Part shown: in pieces, positions 37,426 through 46,255 of the stretch
Numbering within the stretch: the stretch's first letter is position 1
Layout of the letters: every line of letters starts with the position of its first letter
NCBI GenBank assembly: GCA_050944875.1
Contig: JBMNRW010000001.1
Span: forward strand, 12,526-76,525
Reading direction: 5' to 3'
Length of the DNA: 64,000 nucleotides
Origin: Patescibacteria group bacterium
GTDB lineage: Bacteria > Patescibacteriota > UBA1384 > JACPKC01
Made by a program: the position numbers and the translations under genes
The notes under the pieces: generated by a model
The model's input: only the letters and a program-made list of their open reading frames with translations
Databases searched by the model: none
Told to the model about the DNA's origin: nothing

Positions 37426-38676
37426 TTAGATCACCTCTGCTTCTCTGCTACCGTCATGGAATTTCGTTTCGATCCGTTGACCCGACTGGAGGGCGTCAAC
37501 GCTTGTCAGTATCCTACCGGAGGCCTTGTCGACGGTAAACGTGTAGCCTCGGCGAAGGATTGCAGAGGGGTTGAGTGTGCGCAGGAGCGCGGTTTGGCGG
37601 TCAAGTCGCTGCGCAGCGTTTCGTAGTCGGTCATGGACTCGGCTTGCGGTGAGTTCTTTTGTCCGCGCCAGTATCTCGTGATAGCGTTGCCGCCGATACG
37701 CGTGTGCAGCCCGCAGCTGCGTGACGCGACCGGTTGCTCGTTCGACAGCGGCGTGCGCGCGCTGGCGTTGGAGCGCGTAGAGGTGAACTACCCGATCGAT
37801 CTGCTTACGGGCTCGACCGAGGCGTTGCTCGAGCAGGTGTACCTGCTTGGTCTGCAACGCGGTGAGCTCAGCCAGAATGGTTCGCCAATCTGGTACTGCG
37901 CGCTGCGCCGCGTTGCTCGGCGTTGCGGCACGCACGTCGGCCACGAGCTCGGCAATCGTCACATCTTGCTCGTGACCAATGGCCGCGATGACCGGCGTCC
38001 GACTCGCGAAGACAGCCCGAGCTACGCGCTCGTCATTGAATGCCTGCAGGTCCTCTGCGGCGCCCCCGCCACGCGTCAGGAGAATAACGTCGACCGGGTG
38101 TTGTTCGTTGAAGTACCGGAGTGCGCCGATGATCTGCCGTGGTGCGGAAATGCCTTGGACAGTCACCGGTGCCAACGTGAGGGAAAACCCACCCCACCGC
38201 TCCCCAAGTACCTTTCGGACATCGCCGAGCGCGGCTCCGTCTTTCGAGGTGATGAGCCCGATTCGGGCGGGGTACGCGGGCAGCTGCTGCTTATGCTCGT
38301 CGTCAAACAAGCCTTCCGCTTTCAGTTTGGCGAGGAGGAGCTGATAGGCCCGCTGGAGCGCGCCGGCACCGATCGGTTCAACTGCCTCGACCGTAAACGA
38401 GTACTTCCCGTACGGTACGTAGATCCGTGGCGACCCGAGCACCCTCACGTGCATGCCCTCCTCGACAGGAACACCGAGCCGCTGGACGACGCCGAAGCAG
38501 TTCAGCGTGCTCGATTCGTCCCGGAGCGTAAACGTGAGCCACTTCCCCTGTCGGACGCTCACGCCAGCTACCTCACCCGTGACCAGGACGTCGCCGATGT
38601 GCTCGCCGAGGGTAGCGTTGACGAGCTCGTTGAACCCTGCGACGGAGTAGGCTGTGGGCTCAACGAGTTGTGGCAT
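37426..38676 (-). CDS. xseA: Exodeoxyribonuclease VII large subunit.
   Basis: N-terminal OB fold, then ARIGLITSKDGAALGDV...LLTRGGG...AIGHEQD, typical of the XseA catalytic core. Confidence 0.85.
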   Translation of the reverse strand: MPQLVEPTAYSVAGFNELVNATLGEHIGDVLVTGEVAGVSVRQGKWLTFTLRDESSTLNCFGVVQRLGVPVEEGMHVRVLGSPRIYVPYGKYSFTVEAVEPIGAGALQRAYQLLLAKLKAEGLFDDEHKQQLPAYPARIGLITSKDGAALGDVRKVLGERWGGFSLTLAPVTVQGISAPRQIIGALRYFNEQHPVDVILLTRGGGAAEDLQAFNDERVARAVFASRTPVIAAIGHEQDVTIAELVADVRAATPSNAAQRAVPDWRTILAELTALQTKQVHLLEQRLGRARKQIDRVVHLYALQRQRAHAAVERATGRVTQLRAAHAYRRQRYHEILARTKELTASRVHDRLRNAAQRLDRQTALLRTLNPSAILRRGYTFTVDKASGRILTSVDALQSGQRIETKFHDGSREAEVI

Positions 38677-39151
38677 GTTCTGCCTCGATGCGTGTAATCG
38701 CCCGCTCGATGATCGGTCGCAAGGTCCTGTACGAGATTAATCCCCGGAGCTCACGTGGCAGAACCCAATGTACTCGCTGGATGCGTTCGTCGACCTGTGC
38801 GGTCCCGGTCACCGTTGCTGGTGTGCGGAAGAGGAAGTACGACACCGTTTTGTGGACATTCTGCCCAGGGTGCTCCCAGCGGTCGACAAACCAAAACTGC
38901 GTGTTCCCTAGTTCATTAACGAACGTGAGTTCATTGATGGAGACTTCCTCGTGGATTTCCCGGCGCGCCGCTGCTTCGGCCGTCTCCCCCGCTTCGATCC
39001 GGCCTTTTGGGAATGCCCAGCGCCCATGGGAATCTTTGATCGCAAGTACGCGAGCGGCGCCATCGGCATCGAATCGGTAGACGATTCCGCCGGCAGAGTG
39101 TTCGTCGCGTTGATTCTTCATACGAGCGCTACTTATCTGCTGCACGCTCAA
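38660..39151 (-). CDS. NUDIX hydrolase.
   Basis: Nudix box GRIEAGETAEAAARREIHEEVSI. Confidence 0.85.
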   Translation of the reverse strand: MSVQQISSARMKNQRDEHSAGGIVYRFDADGAARVLAIKDSHGRWAFPKGRIEAGETAEAAARREIHEEVSINELTFVNELGNTQFWFVDRWEHPGQNVHKTVSYFLFRTPATVTGTAQVDERIQRVHWVLPRELRGLISYRTLRPIIERAITRIEAEHATTR

Positions 39152-40247
39152 TGAGCGTAACGGTTTCGCGAGCGGCGCGCTCCCAGCTGAACTGCTTGGC
39201 GCGCTCCTTGCCTCTTGTAATCAACCGTTCGGCAAGTCCTTTGTCAGTTACGACTTTTGCGACTCCTTCAGCAATTGCTTCGGCGCGGGTCGCATTCACG
39301 AGTACGCCGGCATCGCTGACGATCTCCGGAATACATGAGGATCGGCTCGCGATAACCGGTACGTCCGACGCCATAGCTTCTAGGAGCGGCATGCCGAACC
39401 CTTCGAACCCAGACGGGAAGACGAAGGCGCTCGCATGGCGGAGCCAGTCCCCGTGTGCTTCGTCGGTTACGTAGCCGACAAGGTGGACGCGCTCGCGAAT
39501 TTCGGGCGGGAGCTCGGCAAGTGCACGAGAAACTGCCGCGTAGCCGTGAGCGCCGGGTTTGCCCGCAAGGACCAGGTGGTGTGGTACGTGGAAGCGCTCG
39601 ACGAGGATTCGGAACGCCTGGATGAGCTTGGGCGTGTTCTTTTTCGCCTCGAGTCTTCCGATGGTGTACAGGTAGGGGCTAACTGCCCGCTGTTCGGCAG
39701 ACGGTTGTTCGCTGATGCCTCGCGGGTGAAAGCGATCGCGGTCGACGCCGTGGTAGATAGTGTGCACCCTTGTTGTCAGTGTGCGGGTGTACCGAAGGAT
39801 GTCTTTCCGTGTCGCTTCGGAGATGGCGATGATCGAGGTGGCGCTACGCCCTACCTGCCAGAGCGCAAACTCTTGGTAGAGCCGCTCGATCGCGCCGTAG
39901 TAGCTCGGGTGGTGCTTGAAGCCGAGGTCGTGCACCGTGACGATAGTTCGCTTTGGGTGAACGAATGGTATCGCGTGCGACGGCACGAAGAAGACGTCTG
40001 GTTGCTGCCGAGTGGCGAACTCAACCGACAGGCGCAGCTGTGTCCAGAGTCGGGGGAATGGCATGATTCGCCACGCCACCTGGGCATTTCCCGTGTCTAG
40101 CGGTGTCGTCGGCATTGCTGGTGCGTAGATCGTGTACGTATGGTGTGGCGCCACGCGAAACATGTGGTACAAAATTTGCCACGTGTAGTGCTCGGTTCCG
40201 GTGTACGTGGACTTCGCGAGTCGTGACCCGTCAATGCCGATGTGCAT
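39129..40247 (-). CDS. GT4-family glycosyltransferase.
   Basis: EGFGMPLLEAMASDVPVIASR is the GT-B retaining glycosyltransferase motif. The start is at MHIGIDG, with an aggagacc RBS. Confidence 0.8.
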   Translation of the reverse strand: MHIGIDGSRLAKSTYTGTEHYTWQILYHMFRVAPHHTYTIYAPAMPTTPLDTGNAQVAWRIMPFPRLWTQLRLSVEFATRQQPDVFFVPSHAIPFVHPKRTIVTVHDLGFKHHPSYYGAIERLYQEFALWQVGRSATSIIAISEATRKDILRYTRTLTTRVHTIYHGVDRDRFHPRGISEQPSAEQRAVSPYLYTIGRLEAKKNTPKLIQAFRILVERFHVPHHLVLAGKPGAHGYAAVSRALAELPPEIRERVHLVGYVTDEAHGDWLRHASAFVFPSGFEGFGMPLLEAMASDVPVIASRSSCIPEIVSDAGVLVNATRAEAIAEGVAKVVTDKGLAERLITRGKERAKQFSWERAARETVTLIERAADK

Positions 40248-40255
40248 GCGGTCTC

Positions 40256-41272
40256 CTACGTCTTTGCCCAGAGGACGGAGCGTTTGTACGCGTCGAGGTG
40301 TTCCGCGGCAATGCCGACACCCTTGGCGGTGCAAAGCATTGGTTCTTCCGCCAGTTGGCACGGGACGCCGGTAATCTTCGTGAAGAGGTTGTCGAGGTCA
40401 CGCAAGAGCGCCCCACCGCCCGTAAGAACGACGCCTTTATCCATGACGTCCGAGGCTAGTTCTGGCGGGGTGTGCTGGAGAACCTCTTTGACCGCTGCCA
40501 TGATCTCGCCAATCGGCTCCTTGAGTGCGGCGACGACGTCACTCGTCTGGACGATGACGCTCTCGGGTAGGCCGGAGACTCCGTTTGATCCGGAGACTTC
40601 CATGGTGAGTTCTTTCTTCGGCTTGAGCGCCGCGCCGATTTTCATCTTCACCTCTTCAGCGGTCCGACGACCGATGACGAGGTTGTACTTCTTGCGGATG
40701 TGGTTCGCGATCGCTTCGTCCATCCGATTGCCAGCGACGCGGACCGACGAGGTCGCAACCATGTCACCGAGCGAGATGACGGCAACTTCGCTTGTGCCAC
40801 CGCCGATGTCGATCACCATGTGGCCGCTCGGCGACGCGATTGGAATACCGGCGCCAAGGGCGGCTGCTACGGGTTGCTTAATGATGTAGGCCGCTTTCGC
40901 GCCTGCGGCGATGCATGCGTCAATTACCGCTCGCTGCTCGGTGCTCGTCGCGCCAGCCGGTACGGAGATGAGGATCTCGGGCCGGACGAGGCGGACACGG
41001 CCGCCGAGCTTGTTGACGAAGTACCGGAGCATGGCCTGGGTGACGCGGTAGTTCGCGATCACGCCGTCTTTCAGTGGGTGTGCGGCGAGAATGCTCTCTG
41101 GCGTTCGGCCAAGCATCTCGCGCGCTTCTTGTCCGATTGCCATGACCTGGTTTGTTCGTGCCTCGATCGCAACAACCGCCGGCTCGTTGATGACGATACC
41201 CTGGCCGGGTACATGGACGAGGACGTTCGTAGTGCCGAGGTCGATGGCAAGTCGGCGGAGGAAGAGCGACAC
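40256..41272 (-). CDS. mreB: Rod-shape-determining protein MreB.
   Basis: AIDLGTTNVLVHV...VIDIGGGTSEVAV are actin-fold motifs. A GTG start with a gaggagg RBS overlaps the end of murA. Confidence 0.9.
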   Translation of the reverse strand: MSLFLRRLAIDLGTTNVLVHVPGQGIVINEPAVVAIEARTNQVMAIGQEAREMLGRTPESILAAHPLKDGVIANYRVTQAMLRYFVNKLGGRVRLVRPEILISVPAGATSTEQRAVIDACIAAGAKAAYIIKQPVAAALGAGIPIASPSGHMVIDIGGGTSEVAVISLGDMVATSSVRVAGNRMDEAIANHIRKKYNLVIGRRTAEEVKMKIGAALKPKKELTMEVSGSNGVSGLPESVIVQTSDVVAALKEPIGEIMAAVKEVLQHTPPELASDVMDKGVVLTGGGALLRDLDNLFTKITGVPCQLAEEPMLCTAKGVGIAAEHLDAYKRSVLWAKT

Positions 41273-41273
41273 G

Positions 41274-42572
41274 CTACGCCTCCTCGCGTGTCATCGTCGC
41301 TCCAATGCCGCGGAGTTTCTCTTCGAGGTATTCGTATCCGCGGTCAAGGTGATGGATGCCCTGCAGGGTAGACTCGCCTTCGGCGACGAGCGCAGCAATC
41401 ACGTGCGCCATGCCAGCTCGAATGTCTGGTACGTCGAGCGTGGTGGCGGTGAGCGGCGCTGGCCCCTCGATTACGGCGAGGTGCCAAGCCCCCTGTCCGG
41501 CGTACCGGCAGGCTTGGTCGCCGCAATCGTCTTGGACGGTGATCTGCGCGCCCATGCGGACAAGGTCATCGGTGTACCCGAAGCGGTCCTCGTAGATCGT
41601 TTCGTGGATAGTCGAACGTCCTTCGGCCTGCGTGAGAACAACAGCGCTTGGCTGCTGCCAGTCAGTAACAAAGCCAGGGAAAACCTGTGTCGTAAGGGCA
41701 GTTGCGTGGAGCGGTCCTGTGCGCCAGACGCGGATCCCTTCGTCGTCGACGCGGAAATCACCGCCCACCGAACGGATGAAGGCGAGGTAGCTCGTGAGGT
41801 GCTCTTGGCGGGCACCCCGCAGGTAAACGTCGCCGCCTGTTGCCAGCGCGAGAGCAGCGTACGACGCGGCTTCGAGCCGGTCCGGAATGAGGCGGTGGTG
41901 TGCGCCGTGCAGTTCATCGACGCCGGTGATATGGATGGTGCCCGGTTCCAAACCGATGATCGCGCCCATATTCTGGAGGAGGCGGATGAGCTCGGCGATC
42001 TCCGGCTCGTTCGCGGCATTGCGAACGATCGTGTTCCCCTCGGCCAGGACTGCTGCCAGGAGAATGGTTTCGGTCGCGCCGACGCTTGGGAATGGGAGCG
42101 TGATGTCGGCGCCACGTAGCCGTGTTGCTCGGGCGTGGTAGCCTTGCTCATCCTCCGTAACGGTTGCGCCAAATGTCCGGAGCGCGTCGATGTGGAAGTC
42201 GACGGGTCGGGCGCCAATTTTGTCGCCGCCGACGCGCGGAACGTGTGCTTCGCCGGTGCGGTGGACGAGCGGCGCGAGCGCGAGGATCGGGAGACGGTTC
42301 CGGCGCGAGAGCTCGGTGATCGTGTTCGTTTGGATCGTGGCGGCGTTCACCGTGACCACGTGTGACTGCCGCTGAACCATCGCGCCGACAGCGCTCGCGA
42401 GCTCGGAGGCGATTGCAGCTTCTCCGTTATCAGGGACGTTCTCCAGTACGCACTCCTCGCCTGTTAGGAGCGTGGCGGGAATGAGTGCATCAATAGTGTT
42501 CTTGCCACCGGCGATTTGTACGTCGCCGTTCACGGGTGATCCGCCCCGGATACGGTAGTGTGGATTATGCAT
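41274..42572 (-). CDS. murA: UDP-N-acetylglucosamine 1-carboxyvinyltransferase.
   Basis: Full-length EPSP-synthase-fold MurA, IRGGSPVNGDVQIAGGKNTIDAL...ARPVDFHIDAL.... The start is set at MHNPHY; the upstream Met at 42653 is possible. Confidence 0.85.
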   Translation of the reverse strand: MHNPHYRIRGGSPVNGDVQIAGGKNTIDALIPATLLTGEECVLENVPDNGEAAIASELASAVGAMVQRQSHVVTVNAATIQTNTITELSRRNRLPILALAPLVHRTGEAHVPRVGGDKIGARPVDFHIDALRTFGATVTEDEQGYHARATRLRGADITLPFPSVGATETILLAAVLAEGNTIVRNAANEPEIAELIRLLQNMGAIIGLEPGTIHITGVDELHGAHHRLIPDRLEAASYAALALATGGDVYLRGARQEHLTSYLAFIRSVGGDFRVDDEGIRVWRTGPLHATALTTQVFPGFVTDWQQPSAVVLTQAEGRSTIHETIYEDRFGYTDDLVRMGAQITVQDDCGDQACRYAGQGAWHLAVIEGPAPLTATTLDVPDIRAGMAHVIAALVAEGESTLQGIHHLDRGYEYLEEKLRGIGATMTREEA

Positions 42573-42653
42573 TAGATCGAGCGTACCGTGCTTCCCTACT
42601 GGCCGCAAGCGATGCTTGAGGAAGTCGCCCGAAGGCAGTACCGTAGAGGACAC

Positions 42654-43367
42654 ATGGAGTACATACCCGCGTTGCGACGAACGAGCTGGGAGGTGGCGGC
42701 GTCGCTCCTCCTCGCGCTGCTAACACTCATCGGCGCGGTAATTCTCTTATTCGGTGCGAACGGGTACGTGGTGGACTTTAAGCGCCTGACTATTGAGCAG
42801 GCCGGACTCATTGTCGTTCGTCCGTCAGTTCGCTCAGCAATGGTCTCGCTGCCGAGCGAAGCGAAGACGAAGCAGCTCGGTCAAGAGTACGTTGCCCAGC
42901 TACTGCCTGGGCGCTACGACGTTACCGTGAGCGCGCCAGGTCGGACGACCTGGTCTCGAATAGTAGAGGTGCAACCGGGTACCGCGGCAGTCTACGGCAA
43001 TGTGACGCTCTTCTACGCTGAGCCCGAGCTCGCAGTAGAGCGGACGGCTGACCGACGTGACCTCGATGTGCCACTGGTTGACGAGTCGATTCTCGTCCGC
43101 GATGGCGAACTCTTGGTTCGGACGCCAGACGGTCTAGTACTCGTCTCGCGGTTCTCTAAACCTATCCGGGCGGCACGGTTCCTCGATGCTGCACACATTG
43201 TCTACCTCATTGGTTCGGACGTGCACATCATCGACCTCGATGGTCGGAGTGACGTGGCGTTTGCCGGACTGTGTCCGACCGGTCTCTGTCGATTCCGCAT
43301 CGAAGACAATGCCAAAACACTGACACTCGTCCAGGCGCTCACTGCCCGGTCCTACCGCATCCAGTAG
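42654..43367 (+). CDS. Membrane-anchored hypothetical protein.
   Basis: TM segment, then a beta-rich domain. The start is uncertain; the ORF is open from 42588. Confidence 0.5.
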   Translation: MEYIPALRRTSWEVAASLLLALLTLIGAVILLFGANGYVVDFKRLTIEQAGLIVVRPSVRSAMVSLPSEAKTKQLGQEYVAQLLPGRYDVTVSAPGRTTWSRIVEVQPGTAAVYGNVTLFYAEPELAVERTADRRDLDVPLVDESILVRDGELLVRTPDGLVLVSRFSKPIRAARFLDAAHIVYLIGSDVHIIDLDGRSDVAFAGLCPTGLCRFRIEDNAKTLTLVQALTARSYRIQ

Positions 43368-43368
43368 G

Positions 43369-44064
43369 TCAGTGTTGCTCGACGGGGCTTGCGAAGACGA
43401 AGAGCCGATTAAGCGTCGTGCCGACTGGCGCACACGTCATAAGCGCAAGTTCATTCGTTATCAGTGTCGGGTCGCGTAGGACTTCCACATCCTTGGGGCC
43501 TACGACGGCTTTCCAGTGTACGGCGTACACGTACGCTGCTTCACCGTGCTTCACGTAGATTCGATCGCCTGGTTCCAGCTTATGGAGCACGGAGAACACC
43601 TTGGTCCAGGGGTTACGCATCCACCAGTACCCAGCCGAGTGTCCAACGATCACTGTCCGTCCGACTTCCCCGGGTAGAACCGTTTCCTCTGCGTGCACGA
43701 CACCTCGTTGCAAGCCGTTTAGTGAATCGGCAATCGGCAAGTTCCAGCCAACCGGAGCGGTCACGCCGATACTCGGAATCTCAATCGTGTCGCGTGGGAG
43801 TTCGGCAAGGACTGCACTGTCCTGCGCGGTTCGGCCGGTAGCTCGGGAGGGTTGCGTAGTACCTCCTGCTTGCTGGAAGTGGTTCAGAGCAAACCGCGCT
43901 CGTTCGAGCTGCGCAGGGAGCGAGAGGAAAACGTAGAACACGATGAATGCGCCAAGCAAAAAGACCACGGCCTGCGCAACGCCAACAATGAGAGAGCTCC
44001 GCGTGCGCCGCTCGATCCAGTGGGCGATGCGATCTGCTTCGTGGGGATGGATATAGGAGTTCAT
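43369..44064 (-). CDS. Sortase (transpeptidase), copy 1.
   Basis: N-terminal TM anchor, HS active-site region (VIVGHSAGYWW), TLxTC-like LMTCAP and downstream Arg. Confidence 0.8.
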   Translation of the reverse strand: MNSYIHPHEADRIAHWIERRTRSSLIVGVAQAVVFLLGAFIVFYVFLSLPAQLERARFALNHFQQAGGTTQPSRATGRTAQDSAVLAELPRDTIEIPSIGVTAPVGWNLPIADSLNGLQRGVVHAEETVLPGEVGRTVIVGHSAGYWWMRNPWTKVFSVLHKLEPGDRIYVKHGEAAYVYAVHWKAVVGPKDVEVLRDPTLITNELALMTCAPVGTTLNRLFVFASPVEQH

Positions 44065-44266
44065 AGTGATGCCAAGGGCTCAACTATACGGTGTAGCCTT
44101 GTGACCCGCAATGCGTCTGCCGCTGCGAGGGGTCAGCTCCGTCCACTGTGGATAACTCGGTTGACATGCCTTCTTACCGTTGCCAGCATCGAAGTAACTA
44201 CAAATCGTGTGGGCCGAAACAACTCACACGGACGAACGTAGAAGCACTAGTTTTGAGGAGGTCCCC

Positions 44267-45202
44267 ATGCGGGCAGCCTATATTGGAAGACTCACAGGCA
44301 GCGGTACTGTCCGTCGGGTCGCTGCTCTTGCGCTGGTAAGTGCACTAGCAGTAGCGCCGTACATGGCTTCAGCCGCGACGGACGCGGAGTTTACGAATCA
44401 CCTGACCGGCGCTGATTCGGTAAACGGCAACACGCTTGAAGGTACGACGACGTTCAACTTCACCGTGACGAACGTTGGTACGGTGACGAATGACTTCGAT
44501 CTCGACCTCAACACGGGCGGGAATACGATTAGCGGTAATACGACCGTCGGGGATGTCTTGACCGGTGACATCGACGCCGAGCTCGAAGTTGAGAATGTGG
44601 TGAATACCGCGCCGGTCGTGGTGCCAATGGGGATGGGCGGTGGCGACGTTACGGTTCGGAGCGAGAACCACCTGACCGGTGCTGGTTCGACGAACACGAA
44701 CACCACAACGACTTCGTCGACTGCAAACATGACGACGACGAATGTCGGAACGGTGACAAACGCGATGACGCTGGCGCTGAATACCGGTAATAACACGATT
44801 GAGAACAATACGACGGTCGGCGACATCTCGACCGGCGACATCCGGGTCCGCGGGCGCGTTGAGAACCGCGTCAACGCCGAGCCGGAAGCAAACGGCCAAG
44901 GTGGCGGTACGATTCCGCCGACGGTGATCCCGCAGCCGACGTACACGAACACCCCGCCAGCGGTCGTCGCCAATCTTCCGGCAGCCACAGTATCCGGGGG
45001 TGGGACGATCGCAAAGGTTGCGCAGACGGTGACGACGCCCAAAAACGAGTTCTTCCCTGCCGGCACAGCGCTCAATGCCGCTGAGATTCTTTCCCTCCTG
45101 GCACTCGCCTTCCTCGCGGTCTACGGGTTCGATCTGATCCAGTACGCCTACCGCCGGCGCGCGCTCGTCGCGCACCAGGTCGGTGCCCTGCGCTTCCTCT
45201 AA
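44267..45202 (+). CDS. Secreted tandem-repeat protein RP1 (two repeat units of about 90 aa) with a C-terminal hydrophobic segment and RRR tail.
   Basis: gaggagg RBS and a signal peptide. The repeat is N-HLTGA[DG]S-N-N...VTN...LNTG-NTI-NTTVGD[VI]-TGDI. The C-terminus FPAGTALNAAEILSLLALAFLAVYGF...RRR has sorting-signal architecture. Confidence 0.7.
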   Translation: MRAAYIGRLTGSGTVRRVAALALVSALAVAPYMASAATDAEFTNHLTGADSVNGNTLEGTTTFNFTVTNVGTVTNDFDLDLNTGGNTISGNTTVGDVLTGDIDAELEVENVVNTAPVVVPMGMGGGDVTVRSENHLTGAGSTNTNTTTTSSTANMTTTNVGTVTNAMTLALNTGNNTIENNTTVGDISTGDIRVRGRVENRVNAEPEANGQGGGTIPPTVIPQPTYTNTPPAVVANLPAATVSGGGTIAKVAQTVTTPKNEFFPAGTALNAAEILSLLALAFLAVYGFDLIQYAYRRRALVAHQVGALRFL

Positions 45203-45310
45203 CACATTGCGGTCGATACCTGCACGGCAGCGCGTGGCTGGTGCATGGTACGAATTAACTCCACGCGCAGAAGTACAAGTTAGTTTCTCTCAGAGGAAAA
45301 GGAGTTTTCC

Positions 45311-46183
45311 ATGAAACTCGACCTCATTACTGCCCGCAACCGGATGCGTGTCGTTGCAGCGGTCGCGGCACTCGCCCTCCTTGGCGGCGCTGGCTCGGCC
45401 TGGGCTGATGTCAACGTCGACGGTTTGAACGAGCGCACGGGCGCTGACTCGGATAACTTTAACACCTACACTGTTGATGACCTTGTTGATGCAGATATCA
45501 TCAACTCGTCATCGGCACTCAACGACGTCCTCCTGAATGTTGACTCGGGTAACAATGATGTTCTCGAGAACACGACGGTCGGTGATGTTGAAGGTGGAGA
45601 TGTAAACGTCGGGGGTTCGTTCTACACCGAACTCAATGCCGGCATGGTTGAGCTCGATGGTATGGCGATGGGCGATGTTGATGCGAGCTTTGAGAACAAC
45701 ACAACTGGCGCCAACTCCGTGAACCGCAACACGCTCGATGTTGAGCGTGATACGCTCGTCACGGTGACGAATGCTGGTTCAGCATCGAACCTCTACGATC
45801 TCACTGTCGATACCGGTGACAACGACACCAACCGCAACACGACGGTCGGTGACGTGTCGACGGGCGATGTCGATATGAACATTGAAGCCGAGACCATGAT
45901 CAATGAAGGTGCTTCCTCAATTGATCTTGGTGATCTTGGTGCGAGCAGCAGTGTTGACGCGAGCTTTGAGAACGCCATCACTGGTGCTGATTCGGACAAC
46001 CGCAACACGGTGATTGTCGATGACGTGAAGGATATTGACGTCACGAACAGTGCGACTGTCACGAATGATCTCGATCTCATTGTCGATACCGGTGACAACG
46101 ACACCAACCGCAACACGACGGTCGGTGACGTGTCGACGGGCGACGTCTCGATCGACTTCAGCTTCACGAACATCCTTAACTAA
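45311..46183 (+). CDS. Secreted tandem-repeat protein RP2 (three repeat units, no C-terminal anchor).
   Basis: aaaggag RBS and a signal peptide. It has three units ending NTTVGDVSTGDV. It also contains a near-exact 62-nt intragenic DNA direct repeat (45806-45867 and 46082-46143). Confidence 0.7.
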   Translation: MKLDLITARNRMRVVAAVAALALLGGAGSAWADVNVDGLNERTGADSDNFNTYTVDDLVDADIINSSSALNDVLLNVDSGNNDVLENTTVGDVEGGDVNVGGSFYTELNAGMVELDGMAMGDVDASFENNTTGANSVNRNTLDVERDTLVTVTNAGSASNLYDLTVDTGDNDTNRNTTVGDVSTGDVDMNIEAETMINEGASSIDLGDLGASSSVDASFENAITGADSDNRNTVIVDDVKDIDVTNSATVTNDLDLIVDTGDNDTNRNTTVGDVSTGDVSIDFSFTNILN

Positions 46184-46199
46184 GGATTTCGTACCTGAC

Positions 46200-46228
46200 G
46201 CGGATTGCAGGACAACCTGCAATCCCGC
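46200..46228 (+). other. Stable hairpin between RP2 and RP3 (possible attenuator or RNA-processing site).
   Basis: gcggattgcagg-acaa-cctgcaatcccgc is a 12-bp stem with no U-tract, and it is immediately followed by the RP3 RBS. Confidence 0.4.
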
Positions 46229-46255
46229 CAGAGACGAAGCAACGAAGGGAGTTCA

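Noticed and set aside
14548-44171. Interpreting the TGTGGATAA sites as a replication origin.
   Set aside because: The sites are spread over 30 kb rather than clustered. No dnaA/dnaN, AT-rich DUE or GC-skew switch signature is visible in the window.
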